A stretch of 64,000 nucleotides of DNA from Octopus vulgaris (GCA_951406725.2 OX597833.1:42780001-42844000), one strand, 5' to 3'; counted from the stretch's first letter, positions 13,971 through 28,000 are shown. Notes: generated by a model not told the origin, from the letters alone. Numbers and translations: made by a program.

Positions 13971-14855
13971 AATATTAAGGATTAATATTAACAACGCCAG
14001 TGAAGTAACAGATTTCAAGAATAACTTGTTGCTTAATCCGCCAGCCAGTCGTCGCTGGAGCATACTTAAAATCAAAGATATTCCAATTGTGCCCACTCGG
14101 GGCACAGTTGTTCAGGACCTTTATCCAACGTTATTTTCTATATTTTACTTTTTATGGTAGAGAGTGATTTGAGGAAGTCTTGGACTGCTATTTTCTCCAG
14201 CTCTAATGAGCTTATAGTGTAGGGCTGCTAAACGCTTTTCTCGTCTGCAAATTTGAAACTGCTCGCTGACGTAATCGCTAAAATCTCGGCTTGATACCAA
14301 AAACAATAATAGAGTATAATACTAAATACCAAACAATTTGTAAAATTTTATAAGTCAGATTGTTAGTGAATATGCGCTCTCGTAGTTTCGCATGCATTTG
14401 CAATTTCCTCTTCGCGCTAATCAGGCCTCCCATCTCTGCCGTCGAGGCCTCCTAGTTGACATGTAAATCTCTAGTGAAGAGACGTATGATTAGGGACAAC
14501 ACACAGCTACAGATAGGCGGAATACTGTTGATTCAATGGGTGGTTTGTTAGTTTGCTGTACTCAACAGGGAGACTGTTACATCTACTTAATGCAATGAAA
14601 GCCAGTGATAAAATACTAGGGCTGGGTGCTTGGGATTCGGACAATAATTAACGAAAAAGCTTGGTTGCGTGATAAAGAAATTCGCTACAAAACTATGCAA
14701 TTTGTGTGTCGGTCAAACTGTGCGGCACTTTGATGAGCTAATCAACAATTAATTAATTAATTAATTAACAAATTGACAATAACGATGAATATAAACATGA
14801 ACGTATGCTTTTATTGGTTGAATGAGCTGCCGAAGTGTGGGTGCGTGTGTGCATG

Positions 14856-14990
<135 letters not shown>

Positions 14991-15629
14991 TATATATGTA
15001 CGTGTGTATGTATATATGTATCTAGCTTTATATATATATATATATACTTGGAAATGGATGCGTGGCGTTCAATTAAATAATTAATAATATAAATATAATA
15101 TATATATATGGATATATAGGTACAAGATGTCACTAACAGTAAACAACATGAAATACGGAAGCAAATGAGTTAAATATGCAAATAACAAGAAAAAAATGGA
15201 AAACAAGACCAGCAATACAAAGAATTCAAAGAACGCCCCTTCATCAGTTGTCGGCTGTCTATCTACTCCCCATTTATGCACACACACAACACACATGAAT
15301 ACATTTATGTAAGTATATATATATATGTGTGTTGGACAAGAACATTTCTCAATAGATAAGGCAAAGTTATCAATGACCTTTTTAACTTAGACAAAAATGG
15401 GAACGGTCAACTAGAATATTTCAAATTTAGTATTTTATTGCTGCTTTCTTTTGTTGAGCACTTGGAGATAAAAAGCAAACATGACAAAGGTAGGATGTGA
15501 ACTCGGAACGTCAAAAACCATAAAAACCACATGGCAATATTGTTTGATGTTCTGTTTTTTTTTTGCCAAAATAGTCTAACGATTTTATGAATACATCACT
15601 CCAATTAGAAACTGAAATCCTATTCCAGT

Positions 15630-15800
15630 GTAGGCCCACGGCCTGAAATTTTGGAGGTAGGGTAGTCGTTTACATCGCTCCGATAGAGCGAAAAGTGAAC
15701 CCGACTTTGGCGGCATTTGAACTCAGAGCGTAAAGCCGGGAGAAATGCCGCTAAACATTTCGTGCAACATGGTAACAATCCTGCTAGCTTGCCGCCTTAA
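15630..15800 (-). mobile_element. Decayed family-A-related SINE (tail2 type)
   Basis: ggcctgaaattttgg...atttgaactcagagcgt...gctagcttgccgcctt is the reverse complement of family A. Confidence 0.7.
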
Positions 15801-15995
15801 TTAGTATTAATAACAGAAATTAAAAGTGTCATTTTACACCATCGTTACACCAAGTTTTACGTTACCGATTGTGGGAAAAGCGGTAAGATGGAGTCGAAGA
15901 AAAACGCAAGAAGATTACATCTTTTATCGCTGTTCTCTCTCACTCTCCCTTATTCTCTCTCTACTCACCCTCTCTCCCGTTCTCTCTCCCTTTCT

Positions 15996-15998
<3 letters not shown>

Positions 15999-16081
<83 letters not shown>

Positions 16082-16301
16082 TAGGAGAGGGAAAAAGGTA
16101 AGAGAGAAAGAAGTGTTAGGTAGCTGAACAATAATTCTTCTACAGTCACGCACGCAAGCACTCTCTCTCTCTCTCTCTCTATGTCACTCTCTCTCTCTCT
16201 GTCTCTGTCTCTCTCTCTCTCACATACACACACACATGAGCATGTATGCACTGATATAAAAGGAGAGACAGGAAGCGAGAAAGAGGTTAAATAAAGGACA
16301 A

Positions 16302-16390
<89 letters not shown>

Positions 16391-16508
16391 ATGTATGTAT
16401 GTATGTATCTATCTATCTATCTTTCTCTGTATGTATGTGTGTATGTATTTATGTATGTATGTATGTATGTATGTATGTATGTATGTATCTATCTATCTAT
16501 CTATCTAC

Positions 16509-16554
<46 letters not shown>
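15999..16554. repeat. Microsatellite cluster (TA)n(GA)n, (CT)n, (CTAT)n, (TATG)n
   Basis: Direct repeats. Confidence 0.93.
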
Positions 16555-17298
16555 GTAAATAATGAATAGAACGTTTTACTGACGCAGTAAATCCAAGAAA
16601 ACCGCTTTTGTTGGACTCACCGACTTAATAAAACTTATATTCAATATAGCCACAGCCGACGGGGAAAAGGATAAAAGAGCACACACACACACACACACAC
16701 ACGAACACAAATATGCGTGTATAATATACAGGGTACAAATTGCGTGTGTGTTTGTTCGCGCTTAGCACATGATTCTACAGAAATCTAGGTAGAGCCCTTT
16801 ATGCTGGGGGCCGTGCGATTAAGCTATATTGGCACTGTGTTAGAAATGTGTTGAGTAAGCGACAGCCATTTTGGGTGGTGTCTCAGGCTCCTTTAAACAC
16901 GCGCACACACTCATGCACGAACACACACATATATGAACACACGCATATACTTGCGCCTCCACACACAGGCTCCCCCCACCCACACACTGTGAGCGGTAGG
17001 TTTATTCGATCTCTTTCTCGGTTCATTATCACCGCCGCTACCTGGTACATGGTTGCCTTTAGTTGGAATTACCCTGTTTGAAGCATGTTGAAGCTAGATC
17101 CGACAATAACTTCGTTCCTTCCCCCAGCCAGCCCCCAGAAGCCGTGACAGAGGTCAATGGCGCTACACTCCACCTTCTAACTAAAAACTATTAAACATAC
17201 ATACACACATACACATACACACACACACACACGCACACATGAATATGCACACACACACGCGCACAAACACGCGCATACACATATCTGTAGATTATCTT

Positions 17299-17452
17299 TT
17301 TCTTTATGGCCCACAAGGGGCTAAACATAGAGGGGACAAACAAGGACAGACAAAAGGATTAAGTCGATTACATCGACCCCATTGCGTAACTGGTACTTAA
17401 TTTATCGACTCCAAAAGGATGAAAAGTAAAGTCGACCTCGGCGGAATTTGAA
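17299..17452 (-). mobile_element. 5'-truncated SINE family A with 16-bp TSD
   Basis: TSD atctgtagattatctt at 17283-17298 and 17453-17468. Confidence 0.9.
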
Positions 17453-17840
17453 ATCTGTAGATTATCTTGCATGGTTATATCAGCTTCTACAAACTGGCAG
17501 AATCGTTCGCTGCATGTCAGAACGAATTTCGCTAAGATTGACTTTACTTATCATCGTTTCGGGGTCGATAAAACAAGTACCAGTTGAGCCTTGAGTCGAT
17601 TTAATCGACTATCCCCCTCCCCCTAAATTACTGGCCTTGTGCCAAAATTAGAAACCGACATTAAGTCTGGAAGAAAGGTCGGTATGGTCGTAGCTGGGAC
17701 ATCATTTTATCATAGATATAGTGGATTTCGCTTGACTTGGGATTAAACAGCAAAGGTACTCGTAAAAGGAGAGTTTGTACACTCAATGCCTGCATGACTG
17801 TTGGATCAAGTCTGACCATGGCTAAACAACAACAACTGTA

Positions 17841-17880
<40 letters not shown>

Positions 17881-19031
17881 CAGCACAATAAGTGGGCCGT
17901 TACGTGGTTTATTGACCTTCGAGAAATAGTAACTAAATCTCTTTGAAGTAACAAATTTTGAATTTCTTTGGATTATATTACTGTCGCATTTGGGTTGCCA
18001 TAGAGTTAAACAACAACTTTGAACCTTCGATGAAATGTTTGTATAGTTGGGCTGTTGTTATTTAGCGCTGGTTTGGCCTAATCGAGAGGAATTATGATCA
18101 TAGGAATAACATACGAGATCATTCAGTTTCTTTATCTGTACGTAAGGACTTCAGGACCACATTATCCAACACATCCTATTTTAAGACTGTAGGTTGCGGT
18201 TTATTAGAAATTTTGCCGCTATGTCTCTTGAGTGTAACAGCCAAGGCTACCATGACGCAAATTCTATGTGGGCGCTAGACTTGCGCGAAATTATAAACAA
18301 ATCTCCTTCAGATCTTAGCCGTATTTTTTCAAAGACAGAATAAGATGTATCAGATATTGTAGACCGAGCTATGCCTGAAAAAGTAAAAGACTGGTTGGCG
18401 CAGAAATTCAACTTTTGCGAGAACTAAACTTTTATAACAGTAATCTCCTCATTTATCTTAAGAATGAAGGGCGTCCCGATGCGGACGCTCGACCTTCTTT
18501 CTAGGTTTAGTAACCAAATCTTCCTTAAGTCACATCCAGTCAACTTGATAACAAAACATTCAGCAATGTAGTCCAAGGTGTGTAAATCATCTGGAGGAAC
18601 AAGGGTGGAACGACATATTCCAAAGGAGTGAGAGGTTCTACCTGTTGTTAAATAGTAAGAACACAATACCAGAGGTACTACTGAAGATAGCAAGGGTAAC
18701 CTCTAATCATTGCTGTGTATTGGTCGGTGGGATGCACTTTATATTTGAATGAGGGAAAGCTGGGGTGATCTGGATTGTAACATATTTTTCTTAATCTATG
18801 TTAAGCATCTCTCTCCCTCTCTCATACACACACACATACACATACAGATGCTTACACACGCACACACGCACAAGTATATTTAAGTAGTCACGTTAGTAAC
18901 TCGAAGATTGAGAGTGCAGGACCTTGCATTTGAAAAAGTTTTATAAGTTCGTACACACACATATACGCACATACATAAACACACACATACACACATATAT
19001 GCCTGTGTGTGTGCGTATATATATATATTTA

Positions 19032-19071
<40 letters not shown>

Positions 19072-19362
19072 TGTCTGTGTGTATGTGTACATGTATGTAT
19101 ATACGTATGTATATATATATGTGTGTATGTGTGTGTGTATGAAAAAATCGGCTGTAAAACAACATTGCGGAATTAGTGGGCAACAAATATACAATAGAAT
19201 TCGATAAGCGTAACGATACATAACGTGCATGCATACATGCATACATACATACATACAAACATACATACATACATACATACATACATACATACATACATAC
19301 ATGTACTCTTGTGTCCACGGGAACACAAACACCGCATGCATGTAGTGTATGTATGCATGTGA

Positions 19363-19395
19363 GCAACTGATGATCAACATGAGAAATCAACTTGC
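19363..19395 (+). ncRNA. Degenerate minimal hammerhead-like motif
   Basis: gcaa-CUGAUGA-uca(aca)uga-GAAA-ucaac-uugc; helices I and II form, but helix III and the NUH site are defective. Confidence 0.35.
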
Positions 19396-19525
19396 AAAAT
19401 CAATAAGAAAAATATATTTGAATTTTTAAAACAAAAAATTGAAATTTAAAGCAAACTGTTGGACGCAATGTTGTGTGTACGAGTGTCTGAATGTATGTAT
19501 GTATGTATGTATGTATGTATGTATG

Positions 19526-19556
<31 letters not shown>

Positions 19557-19973
19557 GTGTCCCTATGCTTGGTGGAGTGCAGAACTATATATATATATAA
19601 CTTCAAGAAAGTTAGGGGTTGTGAATCCAACCAACTAAGGGATAATATCTATCCAATATACAGCTGGTAGAATACCCAATTATTAATACACAAGTGTTTT
19701 TTATTGCATTGCAATTACATTACCTAGTGTACTAAATGGGTGAAGTTAAAGAGATATTTTACCATTAATAAAAAAACATGAATATTTTTTATAATAATTA
19801 CTGGTATCCTTATATATTACTATATTTTATATCTTATATCTTATATGTAAAGAATAATATGTTATATGTATGTATGTTATTGTAATTATCAGTTTAATAA
19901 ATAAACAAGTTAACATAATTTAATGTCTAAAAGTTGATGAACCACCTATTATTCTCCTCCATTTTCTTATTTG

Positions 19974-20020
<47 letters not shown>

Positions 20021-20575
20021 TGACTGTGGACGTTTTGGGATGTGTGTCTTTGTATCGTGCGTGAGTGATTTTGTGCGTGTGTACTGGTTTATATCTTTGG
20101 ACAGATTATGTATGTGCATGAGTGTATGTGTGTGAATCTGTCACGATAGATGCGCAATGGTTTCAAGTGAATATGAGCGCTAAGTGCGTGAAGTTATACC
20201 TGTGTGTGTGTGTGCGTGTGTTTGTGTGCGTGAAACAAGCTTTTATCCGAAGTTTGAATTGACAACTAAATGCATGCAAGTAAAGTTTCGTATAGCGTAC
20301 ATATGTATAATTGTGTATGTATGTCTATGTGTGTGTGTATGTGTATATGTGTTTGTGTATTATAGATGTGTGCGTGTGTGCGTGTTCTCATTTTCTTCTT
20401 TTTTTTTTTGTTTGGAACTTCACATGGCTTCAGCTGAAGTGCTGTAGTTAAAAAGCAAGTTCGGTGTGAATGTGTGTAAAAGCTTGTGCACATGCATGTG
20501 TGTATGTTTGGGTGTGTGAGAGAGTATGTGTGTGTCTGTGTGTGCGTCTTTGAATACACACAAATGTTCTCAGCC

Positions 20576-20606
<31 letters not shown>

Positions 20607-20867
20607 TATAGCTAGATAGATAGATACACATATGAACATTTGATGTATGTTTTCTATCTTGATAGCTGGGTATATGTATGCACACCCATATCACACATAT
20701 GTATATATATACATGCATAAATGTATATATATATATATATGTGTGTGTGTGTAAATGTATGTATGCGTGTTGTGTGAATGTTCTTAAAATCTTGCGTGTA
20801 TGCGTGTTGTGTGAATGTACTTAAAATCTTGCGTGCGTGTGTGTATGCGTGTGTATGTATATATATA

Positions 20868-20917
<50 letters not shown>

Positions 20918-21349
20918 CGTCTATTTCAATACTGCGTTAAATATAATTAGGGGGCCCTTACCTGAAGTTAAAATTCAGCACTGTGCAACTGCAGAATGGC
21001 ACAGCCAAGTTGAATACAGATGTTAAAAATCAAATCTCCAAGAACGAAACAAATAAATTAGACCGAACTAAGAAATCCTTGTTCGCAATTTCCACTTATT
21101 GTTAATATTAGTAGTAGTAATAATAATAATAATAGTAATAATAATTTTCTTATTACTACTACTAGTAAAGGGTTAGTGTTTCGGATAAGGTCACTTGAGT
21201 GTGTGTGTATGTGTATGTGTGTGTTTGAGATGTTCTGTTTAGTGTAAGTTTTTTTCTCTACTTTTTGGTAAAAAGAGATTCCACTGAAGCGCTTACGGTC
21301 CGTAAGTTGTGGGTGATGCTATACAAGAGAGAGAACGTCCGCCCGCATC

Positions 21350-21368
21350 AACAGCATCAGCAAGCAGA

Positions 21369-21409
<41 letters not shown>

Positions 21410-21745
21410 CAGAGGCGATATCAGCATTAACAGCCAGAGTAGCAGCAGCTGCAGTGATGCTGGTGCTGATGATGATGGTGGTGGAGGTGGTGTTGGTGGT
21501 GATGCTGGTGATGGTGATGGTGGTAGTGGTGTTGGTGGTGCTGATGATGATGGTGGTGGTGGTGGTGGTGATGCTGGTGATGGTGGTGGTGGTGGTGATA
21601 CTGGTGGTGGTGGTGTTGGGGATGCTGGTGGTGTGGTGGGTGGGATGATAATGTTTAATAGAAGATGGCGATGGAGAGGGAGAGGGAGAGCGAGAGAGAG
21701 GGAGAGAGAGAGATGGAGAGAGGGAGAGAGAGAGAGAGAGATAGT
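21350..21745. repeat. (GCA)n/(GGT/GAT)n trinucleotide and GA-rich repeat
   Basis: Low-complexity direct repeats. Confidence 0.9.
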
Positions 21746-22262
21746 TAATGTGTTATAATGGGGAGGTTGTTTTATAATCTGTTGCGAGGAGCAAAAGAAA
21801 AAAAAAAAGAAAAAGAAAAGATGAAGAGAAAGAGATAAATGGAAAGAAATAAAGAGGGAGTCGGAGAGAGCGGTACAAATGGAAATGGGTAGGGAGGGTA
21901 GAAGAGTGAGAGGAAGAGGGAGAGAATGTGAGAGAGATAGAGAGAGAGAGGGAGTTTAGATGTGTGATGGATGAGAGGTGGCGGAGATAGAAGAAAGGAG
22001 GTGAAAGACAGAGATGAAGATGAGTGGAGAGAGGGGGGAAGTGAAGGGTGAAGGATAGTAAGACAGATGACTAAACTGAAGGAATCTTATGTTTCATGGC
22101 AAGGAAAGATAGATAGATGGATAGAGAGTGAGAGAGAGAGGAGGGGAGAGGGAGAGAGGGAGAGAGAGAAAAAGAGGGAGTGAAAGAGTATAGGGGAGAG
22201 GTTAATACAGCAAGAGCAATAATGGCAGAGAAACATACATACACACACACACATAAATATAA

Positions 22263-22323
<61 letters not shown>

Positions 22324-22481
22324 TATGTAGGTATAGAATGAGAGAGGGGAGAGACAAGGAGTATATAAGGAGACAAACTGTCAGATTGTAAGATAAATAT
22401 ACAGACGAAAATTCGTTGATAGACAGGGACAATCAGAGAGAGAGAGAGTGAGAGAGAGTGAGAGAGAGAGGGAGAGAGGGG

Positions 22482-22521
<40 letters not shown>

Positions 22522-22746
22522 CGAGGAGCGTAGACAGATATCCAGACAAACAGATTGATAGGTCGATCGATTGATCTAGAGTAAAAAAAAAAACAACCAA
22601 AAATCAAAAAAAAAAAAAAAAAGAATAAACAAAATTTATAGAGATAGCTAGATAGATAGACAGTCCGATCGATAGATGAATTGTCAGATAGATGGATATA
22701 CAGATAACTAGTCTGACGGGGAAATATATAAATTGGAAGATTCATA

Positions 22747-22867
22747 TGCATACATACATACATGCATACATACATACATACATACATACATACATACATA
22801 CATACATACATACATACATACATACATACATACATACATACATACATACATACATACAATACATACA

Positions 22868-22898
<31 letters not shown>

Positions 22899-22932
22899 CA
22901 TACATACATACATACATACATACATACATACA
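22747..22932. repeat. (CATA)n microsatellite
   Basis: Direct repeat. Confidence 0.97.
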
Positions 22933-23330
22933 AACATATAGGACATATTCAACAGATTATATATATGTATGCATATGTACAATTTGTTGAATATTAAGCT
23001 ACGCAGACGGTGAATACTTTATTCATTTATATGACCGTTGTTTTTAAAAAGTTTAAAATATTCATGTATATCTGTAGCCATATGCATGTCTGTATATATG
23101 TATATGTAAATATATATATATATGCATATGTTTATATATATATAAACGCATTGCTGTGTGTATATATATATGTACATATAGGTATGTAGGCATATTTATA
23201 TATATTTGTGTATGTATACATATATCTGTCTGTGTGTGTGTGTCCCTCTCTCTCTATCACTCTATACACACACACACACATATATATATATACACATATA
23301 TGTGTGTATGTGTATATATTTATATCCATA

Positions 23331-23393
<63 letters not shown>

Positions 23394-23425
23394 TATATAT
23401 ATATATACCGGAGTAAACACATAAA

Positions 23426-23461
23426 TGTCTGATGAACGGCAACGAGAAACTCAGAGTAACA
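23426..23461 (+). ncRNA. Minimal type I hammerhead ribozyme motif in a short (about 90 bp) unique segment between TA arrays
   Basis: ugu-CUGAUGA-a cg GCAA cg a-GAAA-cucagag-UA-aca; quasi-palindromic helix III ACUC(A)GAGU. Confidence 0.65.
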
Positions 23462-24280
23462 GATTTTGTTGAATTTTCTGCTGCTTTAAATAAAGTATAT
23501 ATATATATATATATGCATATCTCTTAGTGGGGTGTTTCGGGTAGATTAGGTCGCTAAGCAACAGATATGAAAGATGCTGATTATGATGCTGATGAGAGAG
23601 ATTTTTAGGATGAAGAATATGACGATGATGACGGCAGTTAGCGGTGGTGAGCATGAGAGTAACGTTAAAAGGGTGGAGGGGGAAAAATGTTACACACACT
23701 CAAACTTACACTCATACACATACTTAAAACGCATACATTCACACAAACACACACCATACCAACTCAAGCCTACAGTTACATACACATACTCATATAAAGT
23801 GATGTATATATATATATATATAAATGCTATCTTTCGCTAATACGCGCAAACTCTCACTCTGAGGTAAATTAGAAACTTTATATTCACAATCTCCTCTTTG
23901 CAGTCGCTTACTCTCAAGTATTCTTATAAAAGACGACACCCATACACTTCTACACGCATGTATTTAAAAATATATTTATATATATAAGACAAATACGTAT
24001 ATACTCAATCATCCGCAATCTGTAGAACTGTCGCATAAATATACACCAGCGCGCACGGACACACGATTATATACATGTATACAGTTATATATATTTACAT
24101 ACATGTATACATACCCTGATATATATATATGTACATACGTACAGTCACATTCATACGTTTATTCCCACATATACACGTTCATGCATACTATCCATATAAT
24201 CCCTGACATCAGGGCTGGTTGTCTTAGCACCAAATCCTCAGCCAAAGCAATATGCTGGGACTCCATTTATATATATATAC

Positions 24281-24281
24281 A

Positions 24282-24365
<84 letters not shown>

Positions 24366-24386
24366 CATCCATCCATCCATCCATCC

Positions 24387-24456
<70 letters not shown>

Positions 24457-24611
24457 ATATATATATATATACACGCACACACAACATGTATATATAAAGA
24501 TAGCGAGATAGATAGACATGTATGTATGTATATATTATTATCATTGTTGTTGTTCTAGCTATTGTTGTTTTTGTTATCATCATTATCATCATCATCATCG
24601 TCATCATCATC

Positions 24612-24691
<80 letters not shown>

Positions 24692-24700
24692 TATTACTAT
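24281..24700. repeat. (CTAT)n/(CCAT)n and (CAT)n microsatellites
   Basis: Direct repeats. Confidence 0.93.
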
Positions 24701-25119
24701 TATTTAGAGGATAATTTGATTCGGGGTTCATGCAACTTAAGGTTTTAATGGATTGTCGCAGAAATCCAGCTCGCATGTATGTTTGTATGTGTGTGTGTGT
24801 GTGTGTGCGTGTGTGTGTGTGTGTGTGTGTGAATGTATGTGTATATATATGTATGTGTATAAATATATATATATATATGTATATATGTATATATATATAT
24901 GTATATATATACATATTTATACATACATACATACATACATACATACATACATACATACATACATTCATAGAACGAAACATAAGAAGCTCTAAAGAGAAGT
25001 GGGAGTGATGAAGTTAAGATGGTAGGCGTTGGGGAAAAGGGGAGAGGAAAGAAGGTGAGAGTAGGAGTAAGAAATGTGTAGGAGAACTGAAATTGTAGTG
25101 ATGTGCTGGAGGAAAAGTA

Positions 25120-25186
<67 letters not shown>
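25120..25186. repeat. (CTA)n repeat
   Basis: Direct repeat. Confidence 0.97.
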
Positions 25187-25399
25187 AATCAGCGATGGAT
25201 CCCTAGATTAAGCTGATGGAAATAGCAGCTAAATCTTCCCAAAATATCCCGTTACTCCAACCGTCTTAATACAAGAAAGCTGTGGTTCCACAGTGCATTT
25301 GATCAAAGATCTGTGAGATCACGGCTGACCTGTGGCTGCAGAGTGTTAGCAATTGTCAGATATATTGGCATATAGATACATACATTGCCGGTCAGGTAC

Positions 25400-25545
25400 G
25401 TGGTAAGTAGCTTGCTTACGAACCACATAGTTTCGGGTTCAGTCCCACTGCGTGGCACCTTGGGCAAGTGTCTTCTACAATAGCCTCGGGCCGACCAAAA
25501 GCCTTGTGAGTAGATTTGGTAGACGGAAACTGAAAGAAACCCGTC

Positions 25546-25633
<88 letters not shown>

Positions 25634-25860
25634 ATGTGTGTGTATATGTTTGTGTGTCGGTGTTTGTCCCTCCAACGTCGCTTGACAACCGATGGTGGTG
25701 TGTTTACATCCCCGTCACTTAGCGGTTCGGCAAAAGGGATCGATAGCATAAGTACTAGGCTTACAAAGAATAAGTCCTGGGGTCGATTTGCTCGACTAAA
25801 AGGTGGTGATCCAGCATGGCCGCAGTCAAATGACTGAAAGAAGTAAAAGAGTAAAAGAGT
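25400..25860 (+). mobile_element. SINE family B (tRNA head, internal (TA)n(TG)n, CR1-like 3' tail)
   Basis: B box GGTTCAGTCC; tail GGTGATCCAGCATGGCCGCAGTCAAATGACTGAAA + (GTAAAAGA)n; about 10 copies in the window. Confidence 0.92.
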
Positions 25861-26517
25861 ATAGATATAGAAATACATAGAGTGACAAATACACAGGCAG
25901 ACAGAATAGACATAGAGGTACATATTGACTGACAGGCAGGCAGATAGGCACACGGGCAAATAGGCAAACTGTCAGATAGACAGATATACACAAACAAATC
26001 TCATACAGAAACGCACATAAAAATATACCCATAGACCATGAGGCATACACGGTAAGTCAAAATGTTATATATATATATACACTAACATGGACACACATAT
26101 ACAGACATGTACTCGAACAAACATCTACACAAACATATGCACTCAAACATATACACACAGCATACAATTATACACACAAAACACCTCCCCCCGCAGGCAC
26201 TCAGACACATACATGTACAGACTCACACATATAACGGTACAAGCGCACTTGTACATACACAACAGTACATACACACCCACACAATAGTACAAGCTACCAT
26301 TTAGAATCTCTCATATATTTTCTTCAAGAATTCTTCGACTAAAAAAAAAAAAAAAGAAAAAAAAAGCGAAAAATTTCTTCAGTGCCAGCAGTTTGGTAGA
26401 ACTCTTTCTCCTCCGAGAGGATTCGACGCTAAACCTTATTTCGCAGTCCTCGTCTTACTACTACTACTACTACTACTACTACTAATTGTAGTAGTTGTAG
26501 TAGTAGTAGTAGTAGTG

Positions 26518-26563
<46 letters not shown>

Positions 26564-26972
26564 CAGTCTTTTATTTTTAAGTTTTACCACTTTCAGCCAT
26601 GCTGGGACATCGCCTTCAAAGATTTTGGTCGAAAAAATCGATGCCAGTAATTATGTTTATCATTCTTTCTTTTTTTTTTTTAGTCTGAAACTTGTCATAA
26701 TGGCCGAAACACGAAGTAATGAGGGATGTAAACAAACCAACGCCAGTTCTCAAGCTATGCTATGCACTCACGTACACACATACACAAACACAGATGCACA
26801 CACATACACACGAACAAATTAATGGAAAAGAATAAGTTTCGCAGAGAAAGAAGGGCCATTGCTCCTGCATAGAGGAAGGTTTTTGCAGATTGGTAAGATT
26901 CATAAGGTTGTTACTGCATTTTCCGGCGTACAGGTCGAATTTTTCAGACCAAAATTTACAGCGTAAATTTAT

Positions 26973-27373
26973 AGGCGTAGGAGTGGCTGTGTGGTAAGTA
27001 GCTTGCTTACGAACCACATGGTTCCGAGTTCAGTCTCACTGCGTCGCACCTTGGGCAGGTGTCCTGCTATAGCCTCGGGCCGACCAAAGCCTTGTGAGTG
27101 GATTTGGTAGACGGAAACTGAAAGAAGCCAGTCGTATATACGTATATATGTATGTGTGTGTGTATGTCTGTGTGTCTGTGTTTGTCCCCCCAACATCGCT
27201 TGACAACCGATGGTGTGTTTACGTCTCCGCAACCTAGCGGTTCGGCAAAAGAGACCGATAGAATACGTACTAGGATTACAAAGAATAAGTCCTTGAGTCG
27301 ATTCGTTCGATTAAAAGCGGTGCTCCAGCATGGCCACAGTCAAATGATTGAAACAAGCAAAAGAGTAAAAGAG
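26973..27373 (+). mobile_element. SINE family B, full length
   Basis: Starts AGGCGTAGGAGTGGCTGTGTGG (A box); same body and tail as the other copies. Confidence 0.92.
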
Positions 27374-27482
27374 AGAGCCAAAATGGGCAGGCCATCGAAA
27401 CGACTTTAGACGACCAAAAACTATATTTGAAATGAATAAAAGACTTCGAAACATAGTGGTATTGTTTGAATGTTTACACTAT

Positions 27483-27784
27483 ATCACGTGATCACGTGAC
27501 TGACCAGACCATCAGATGTTGCTACACATCGCTGGTCACAATGCGCTTCGCATTGTTTTAGCCTTCGAACGACGCCACCCCGCTGGCTAAGCGAGCAGGC
27601 CAACAGAAGAAAGAGTGGTGAAAGAGTACAGCAGGGATCACCAGCCCCTGCCGGTGCCGGTGCCTCGTGGCGCTATTTAGGTGTTTTCGCTCAATAAACA
27701 CACACAACACCCGGTCTGGGAATCGAAACCGCGATGCTCCGACCGCGAGTCCGCTGCCCTAACCACTGGGCCATTGCGCCTCCA
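27483..27784 (-). mobile_element. tRNA-derived SINE family C with structured middle and LINE-like 3' stem-loop
   Basis: Minus strand begins TGGAGGCGCAATGGCCCAGTGGTTAGGGCAGCGGACTCGCGGTC...GGTTTCGATTCCC (A and B boxes) and ends GACCAG...CTGGTC + (CACGTGAT)2. Confidence 0.85.
27554..27636 (-). ncRNA. Candidate HDV-like (ingi/Vingi-hallmark-type) ribozyme fold within the SINE
   Basis: P1 CCCUGCU/AGCGGGG, P2 UGUU/AACA, P3 GGC/GCC with loop CUGCUCGCUUA, and J4/2 GGCUAA, in HDV order. Confidence 0.45.
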
Positions 27785-27907
27785 TATACAATGTCGATTT
27801 ATATGACAGAAAATATAATATGTACATCTGTAGGCGGTGTCTTCGGGGAGAAAAATGTATGTGAGATTAGGAATGTATGTGTGTGTGTGTGTATGTGTGA
27901 GAGAGAC

Positions 27908-28000
<93 letters not shown>

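Noticed and set aside
15190-15260. Hammerhead at minus-strand CUGAUGAAGGGG
   Set aside because: No GAAA and helix III at a workable position. The block shares a start with 22-60 and may still be a pLTR relic.
16990-17040. pre-miRNA hairpin (TATCAC start reminiscent of the miR-2/13 family)
   Set aside because: The seed differs (TATCACCG versus TATCACAG) and the stem pairing is too poor.
27700-27784. Bona fide tRNA genes at SINE heads (also 30880-30953 and family A/B heads)
   Set aside because: A and B boxes are present, but there is no complete cloverleaf and each continues into a SINE body.
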